Under the pieces are notes generated by a model that saw only the letters and a program-made list of their open reading frames with translations, made no database searches and was not told where the DNA came from. Positions 60,178 to 64,000 of a stretch of DNA of 64,000 bases are shown here, one piece after another (the stretch's first letter is position 1; the number at the start of each line of letters is the position of its first letter). Position numbers and translations under genes: made by a program. Source of the DNA: Polyangiales bacterium. GTDB lineage: Bacteria > Myxococcota_A > Polyangia > Polyangiales > Ga0077539. The stretch spans positions 160,001-224,000 of the forward strand of contig JBGARZ010000003.1 in the NCBI GenBank assembly GCA_044229975.1. Reading direction: 5' to 3'.

Positions 60178-60960
60178 ATGCGCCTCTTCGATCGGTTTCC
60201 CGCGCGCTACCTCGTCCCCAACGCGGTCACCTGCGTCGGCCTCGTCGTGGGCCTCGCCTCCATCCGCACCTCCCTCACCGCCACCTCCCTCGTCGAGCTC
60301 TCGTCCGCCGCGTGGTTCATCCTCTACGCGGTGCTGCTCGACAAGGTCGACGGGGCCGTCGCGCGCAAGCTCAACGCCAGCAGTGAGTTCGGCGTTCAGC
60401 TCGACTCCTTCTCCGACTTCGTCACCTTCGGACTCAGCCCCGCCGCGCTCATCACCCAGGCCGTCGCGCTCGGTGTTCCCGACCCGTGGGCCCACGGCAC
60501 CGCCCACGCCGCCCTCCTCGGCGTCGGCGCCCTCTATGCCGTTGCCGCCGCGGTGCGGCTCGCGAAGTTCAACGTCACCACGGCCAGCGTCGGCAGCCGC
60601 TTCTTCCTCGGGCTTCCGTCGACCAGCAGCGGCGGCATCCTCGCGTCGGCCTTCCTCGCCCACCGGTCCAACGAGCTCTCGACGTCGTCCATCGCGGGCT
60701 TCGTCGCGTTCATGGGCGTCAACGCGCTGCTCATGGTCTGCAACCTCCCGCAGCCCAAGCTCCACATCTCGTCGCAGCCGGCGGTGAAGGCGTTCCAGAT
60801 CGCGGTGGTGCTCAGCGTCTACGTGCTCATCCCGCTGCACCTCGCGCCCACCTACCTCATCGCCGTGTCGTCGCTCTACACCGTCATCGGCTTCATCTAC
60901 GGTGTCATCGTCACGGGCGGCCAACGCCCCGGCGAGGTCGAGTCCGAGCCCACGAAGTAG
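60178..60960 (+). CDS. pssA: CDP-alcohol phosphatidyltransferase (phosphatidylserine synthase type)
   Basis: PNAVT, DKVDGAVAR..SEFGVQLDSFSDFVTFG, RLAKFN, FFLGLP. Confidence 0.85.
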   Translation: MRLFDRFPARYLVPNAVTCVGLVVGLASIRTSLTATSLVELSSAAWFILYAVLLDKVDGAVARKLNASSEFGVQLDSFSDFVTFGLSPAALITQAVALGVPDPWAHGTAHAALLGVGALYAVAAAVRLAKFNVTTASVGSRFFLGLPSTSSGGILASAFLAHRSNELSTSSIAGFVAFMGVNALLMVCNLPQPKLHISSQPAVKAFQIAVVLSVYVLIPLHLAPTYLIAVSSLYTVIGFIYGVIVTGGQRPGEVESEPTK

Positions 60961-62895
60961 CTACCGCGCGCCGTCCACCCGGTAGAGGCCGACCCGCACC
61001 GAGGCGCCGTCGTAGCGCGCGTTGCGAACGCTCGGAATCGCAGGGAGAGACGACACATCGACCGCGCGGAGGACGTGCGCCCCTTCGAGCGCGTCGCACC
61101 AGCGCCGACCCCCGGCCGTGCTGCACACCGACGAGCGGTAGTAGTAGTCGCCCGCTCGCAGCGTCGGCGCCGAGGTGGCCTCCTCCGACGGGACCCACGC
61201 CCGCACCCGCGCCCCCGTCCGACGCGCGTAGAGAGGCAGGATGAAGACCTCGTGCCCGGCGCGCTCCAGGTAGGTGATGGCCGCGCGGTCGGGGAGCGTC
61301 GTGCGCCAGCGAACGACCCGAGCGGCCTCCAGCGCGTCGGTCGGCACCACCGTCCACGCGTGACGATGGGTGGTCCACACGCCGAGGACGACCATCGCGA
61401 GGAGCGCGGTGCAGAGCGCCTCGACGCGGCGAACGCGCATCAACGGACGGAGGGAGGACAGCGCTGCGACGACGAGCGCAGGCGCGAAGAGGAGCCCGAC
61501 CGAGTGATAGACCCACACAGGCGCGGGGCCCTCGACGGTGGTGGAGACGCCGAGGGCCACGATGACGAGGGCGCATCCCACGCGACCGACGAGAGGCCAG
61601 CGCCACCCGGCGACGACGGCGAGGAGGCCCGCCGCGGCCAGCGCGACGACCAGCTTCGATCGGGCGGTCTGCAATGCGAACAGCGCCGGAAGCCACTGCT
61701 GGCCGAGAGACCCGGTGAGCACGTCGAGCATCGCGTGGCCGGTCGTGACCACGACCACGAGGCCGATGAGCGCGGCCGACGCGACGCCCAGGCGCAGCCG
61801 ACGACCGCGACCACCGACGCCAACGAACACCGCCACCGGGATCAACGCCGCGGGCACCCAGCACACCGGGTGGATGCGCGCGGCCTGTGCCACCAGCAGC
61901 CCGGCTGCCACCATCGAGGCAGCGAAGGGCCACGAGCGCACCCGCCCCGCGCGCGCTCCACACACGGCCATCGCGAGCGCTGCCGTGACGAGCGCGAAGC
62001 AGGTCCCGGCGTAGGACTCGCTGCGGGCCATGCGCGCGAGGGCGGGTTCGGCACCCACGATGGCGGCGCCGACCACCGCGAGCAGAGGACGCACACCCGA
62101 CGCGCGCAGGGTGAGCCAGAGGCACGCGACGGCGACGGCGACGGCGACGGACTGCGCGGCGAAGAGGGCGGCCTCGGGGTTCGTGGCCGATGACGCGACC
62201 CGTGAGAACACCTCGAAGTACCCGTTGCCGTACGGCGACGGCTCGCCCAACGCGTAGCGCACCCAGAGGGCGCCCTGGCCGTTCTGATGGAAGAGCGCGG
62301 CGGGTGTGAGCGCCCGATGGACGACTCCAGTGACCAGCGCCACGAGCACCGCCGCGAGCGCCGGACGGAGCGCGCGACGGGGTGACCTGCGCGCGGACGA
62401 GAGCGAGAGTGCGAGTGCGATCGCGAGGCCGACGAGGAGCCGCCACGGCCACACGGGGCGGGAGGGTGACCAGGCGCGATCGCGGAGCGCGGCCAGGCCT
62501 TCGCGGGCGCGACCATCGAGCGCGGCGTTGGAGCGAACGCAGACGCGCAGGCCGTCGAGGGCGCGGCGATGGGTCGGCGGTGTGAGGCTCCAGTCGGGGA
62601 AGTCTCCAATGGGCGAGAGTGCGAGTGCCCCCTCGCGCACGAAGGCGTTGCCTTCGGCGGGACCGATCTCCACGCGAATCGCCTCGGCGCCGTCGACCGA
62701 AGCACGAACGATCACCCGCCCCTGCACGCAGACTTCGGGCGTGACCTCGACCGCCGCGATGGATCGGCACATCGCGGCCCAGCGCCCGATGGGCGCGCCG
62801 CATCCGACGCCCGTCTGTGCGTCGACCTCGGGGGCGGCGAAGAGCAGGGCCAGGCCGAGCAGGACAGCGAGCGCTCGTCGAAGGGGAGTGTTCAA
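60961..62895 (-). CDS. Polytopic membrane protein, possibly GT-C-like
   Basis: TTG start overlapping the upstream stop; exported N-terminal domain; about 10 hydrophobic segments; HQNGQG and SESY loops; C-terminal soluble domain. Confidence 0.6.
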   Translation of the reverse strand: MNTPLRRALAVLLGLALLFAAPEVDAQTGVGCGAPIGRWAAMCRSIAAVEVTPEVCVQGRVIVRASVDGAEAIRVEIGPAEGNAFVREGALALSPIGDFPDWSLTPPTHRRALDGLRVCVRSNAALDGRAREGLAALRDRAWSPSRPVWPWRLLVGLAIALALSLSSARRSPRRALRPALAAVLVALVTGVVHRALTPAALFHQNGQGALWVRYALGEPSPYGNGYFEVFSRVASSATNPEAALFAAQSVAVAVAVACLWLTLRASGVRPLLAVVGAAIVGAEPALARMARSESYAGTCFALVTAALAMAVCGARAGRVRSWPFAASMVAAGLLVAQAARIHPVCWVPAALIPVAVFVGVGGRGRRLRLGVASAALIGLVVVVTTGHAMLDVLTGSLGQQWLPALFALQTARSKLVVALAAAGLLAVVAGWRWPLVGRVGCALVIVALGVSTTVEGPAPVWVYHSVGLLFAPALVVAALSSLRPLMRVRRVEALCTALLAMVVLGVWTTHRHAWTVVPTDALEAARVVRWRTTLPDRAAITYLERAGHEVFILPLYARRTGARVRAWVPSEEATSAPTLRAGDYYYRSSVCSTAGGRRWCDALEGAHVLRAVDVSSLPAIPSVRNARYDGASVRVGLYRVDGAR

Positions 62896-64000
62896 GGGCA
62901 GCGGGTGAGCGAGGTGATCCAGCGGCTGAGGAGGGCCGCGCCGGCGGTGTCGACCGCGCCGCTGGAGACGGGTGGCATGCGCGAGACGTCCGACGCCACC
63001 ACGCGAGCGTGGAGCACGGAGCGCGCGGGTGCGCCGGGGGCGATGACGCGCGCGTCGGTGAGGCCCAGGGTGCCCACCATCGGGGTCGCGTCGCAGGTGC
63101 CGGTCATCACGAAGGGAGCGGCGAAGCGGAGGTCCATGGCGCCGCGCCCGATGCCACCGGGGCGATGGCACTGCGAGCAGTTGGTGTGGAGGTAGGCGCG
63201 GGCGCGCGGCTCATCGGGGCCTGGAGCGTAGGGGTCGGGATAGGCCGCGGGGCGCATCGCAGACGGCGGAAGCGCAGTGGTGAAGAGCCCGATGTGATCG
63301 AGCGTGTCGAGCTGGTTGGCTACACGGCCATTGGGGTAGCGCAGCGCGGTGTTGAGCTGCGCGGACTCCAGACCGAGCGAGCGACCGGCGGCCGCGGAGT
63401 GGCACTCCAGGCACTGGGTGCGCGAGGGGTAGTACCAGCGCGCGCCGCCGCCGAGGTCGCGCAGCTCGCTGCCGTCGAGGAGGTCGGCGTCGGTCTGGGC
63501 GTCGTTCCATCGGTACGAGTAGCCGCGCCACTCGCCGTCGGTGTGACGCACGAACAAGCGCGTCTCGACCCGGCGAGCGCCGACGGTGAAATTCTTCACG
63601 AGCACGGTGCCGTTGGGAAAGTCCCAGTCGCCGTCGGACCCCACGGTGATGCGCCCGCCCTCGGGCAGCGCCATGAAGCGCTCCTTCTCCGCGCCGTCGC
63701 TCCAGAAGGGCGCGCTCGGTGCGTACGGGATCAATCCCTCCGCGGGGCGACGAACGTCCGCGGGGTCGACACATCCCGTGGCGCGTAGTGTTCGCGGGAC
63801 GCGGTCGTCGGGCGCGGCCGCCCCCGGGACCAACCGCTGGATCACCCCCGAGACAGGCATCACATAGACCTCGCCCTCCTGGTCTTGACCGAAGGTGAAG
63901 AGGTTGGCGCCCGTCTCGACGAGGGTCTCCTTCGAGGCCCTGCCCGCGGCGTCGTAGGTGACCGCCCAGACCCGCCCCGAGCCGTAGTCGCCGAAGATGA
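62892..64000 (-). CDS. Glucose/sorbosone (PQQ) dehydrogenase-type propeller fused to a diheme c-type cytochrome (5' end off window)
   Basis: Frame stays open to the window edge: IFGDYGSGRVW..FGQDQEGEVYV. Also FWSDGAEKER, VETR, CLECH and CSQCH. Confidence 0.85.
   Translation of the reverse strand, partial: IFGDYGSGRVWAVTYDAAGRASKETLVETGANLFTFGQDQEGEVYVMPVSGVIQRLVPGAAAPDDRVPRTLRATGCVDPADVRRPAEGLIPYAPSAPFWSDGAEKERFMALPEGGRITVGSDGDWDFPNGTVLVKNFTVGARRVETRLFVRHTDGEWRGYSYRWNDAQTDADLLDGSELRDLGGGARWYYPSRTQCLECHSAAAGRSLGLESAQLNTALRYPNGRVANQLDTLDHIGLFTTALPPSAMRPAAYPDPYAPGPDEPRARAYLHTNCSQCHRPGGIGRGAMDLRFAAPFVMTGTCDATPMVGTLGLTDARVIAPGAPARSVLHARVVASDVSRMPPVSSGAVDTAGAALLSRWITSLTRCP

Overview
A very GC-rich chromosomal segment from a Myxococcota bacterium, probably Polyangia. 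This assignment rests on the TIGR04552-type protein, myxobacterial Cys-rich and Asp-rich lipoproteins, an FHA/Ser-Thr signalling cluster and a myxosortase-like protease. It holds about 55 apparently intact genes. Housekeeping genes include accA, ltaE, tRNA-Thr(CGT), ftsH, rlmN, dapE, dapD, rlmB, rplS, rpoD, dnaG and pssA. I found no transposase, integrase, prophage or CRISPR-Cas. The main observations are six. (1) A non-coding, helically phased ~43-bp array of two alternating palindromic motifs lies between tRNA-Thr and an orphan, putatively sigma54-driven pilin. (2) An MCE ABC transporter has two ATPases with complementary defects that map to one composite site. (3) An FHA/PP2C/FHA-protease/FHA-GAF-adenylyl cyclase cluster is coupled to accA. 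(4) A RelA/SpoT-synthetase-like gene sits behind a sigma54-type promoter and a small membrane peptide. (5) An outer-membrane barrel is paired with a lipase-like lipoprotein. (6) A myxosortase-like protease co-localises with pssA and two GT-C-like membrane proteins. All calls come from reading motifs by eye; no searches were run.
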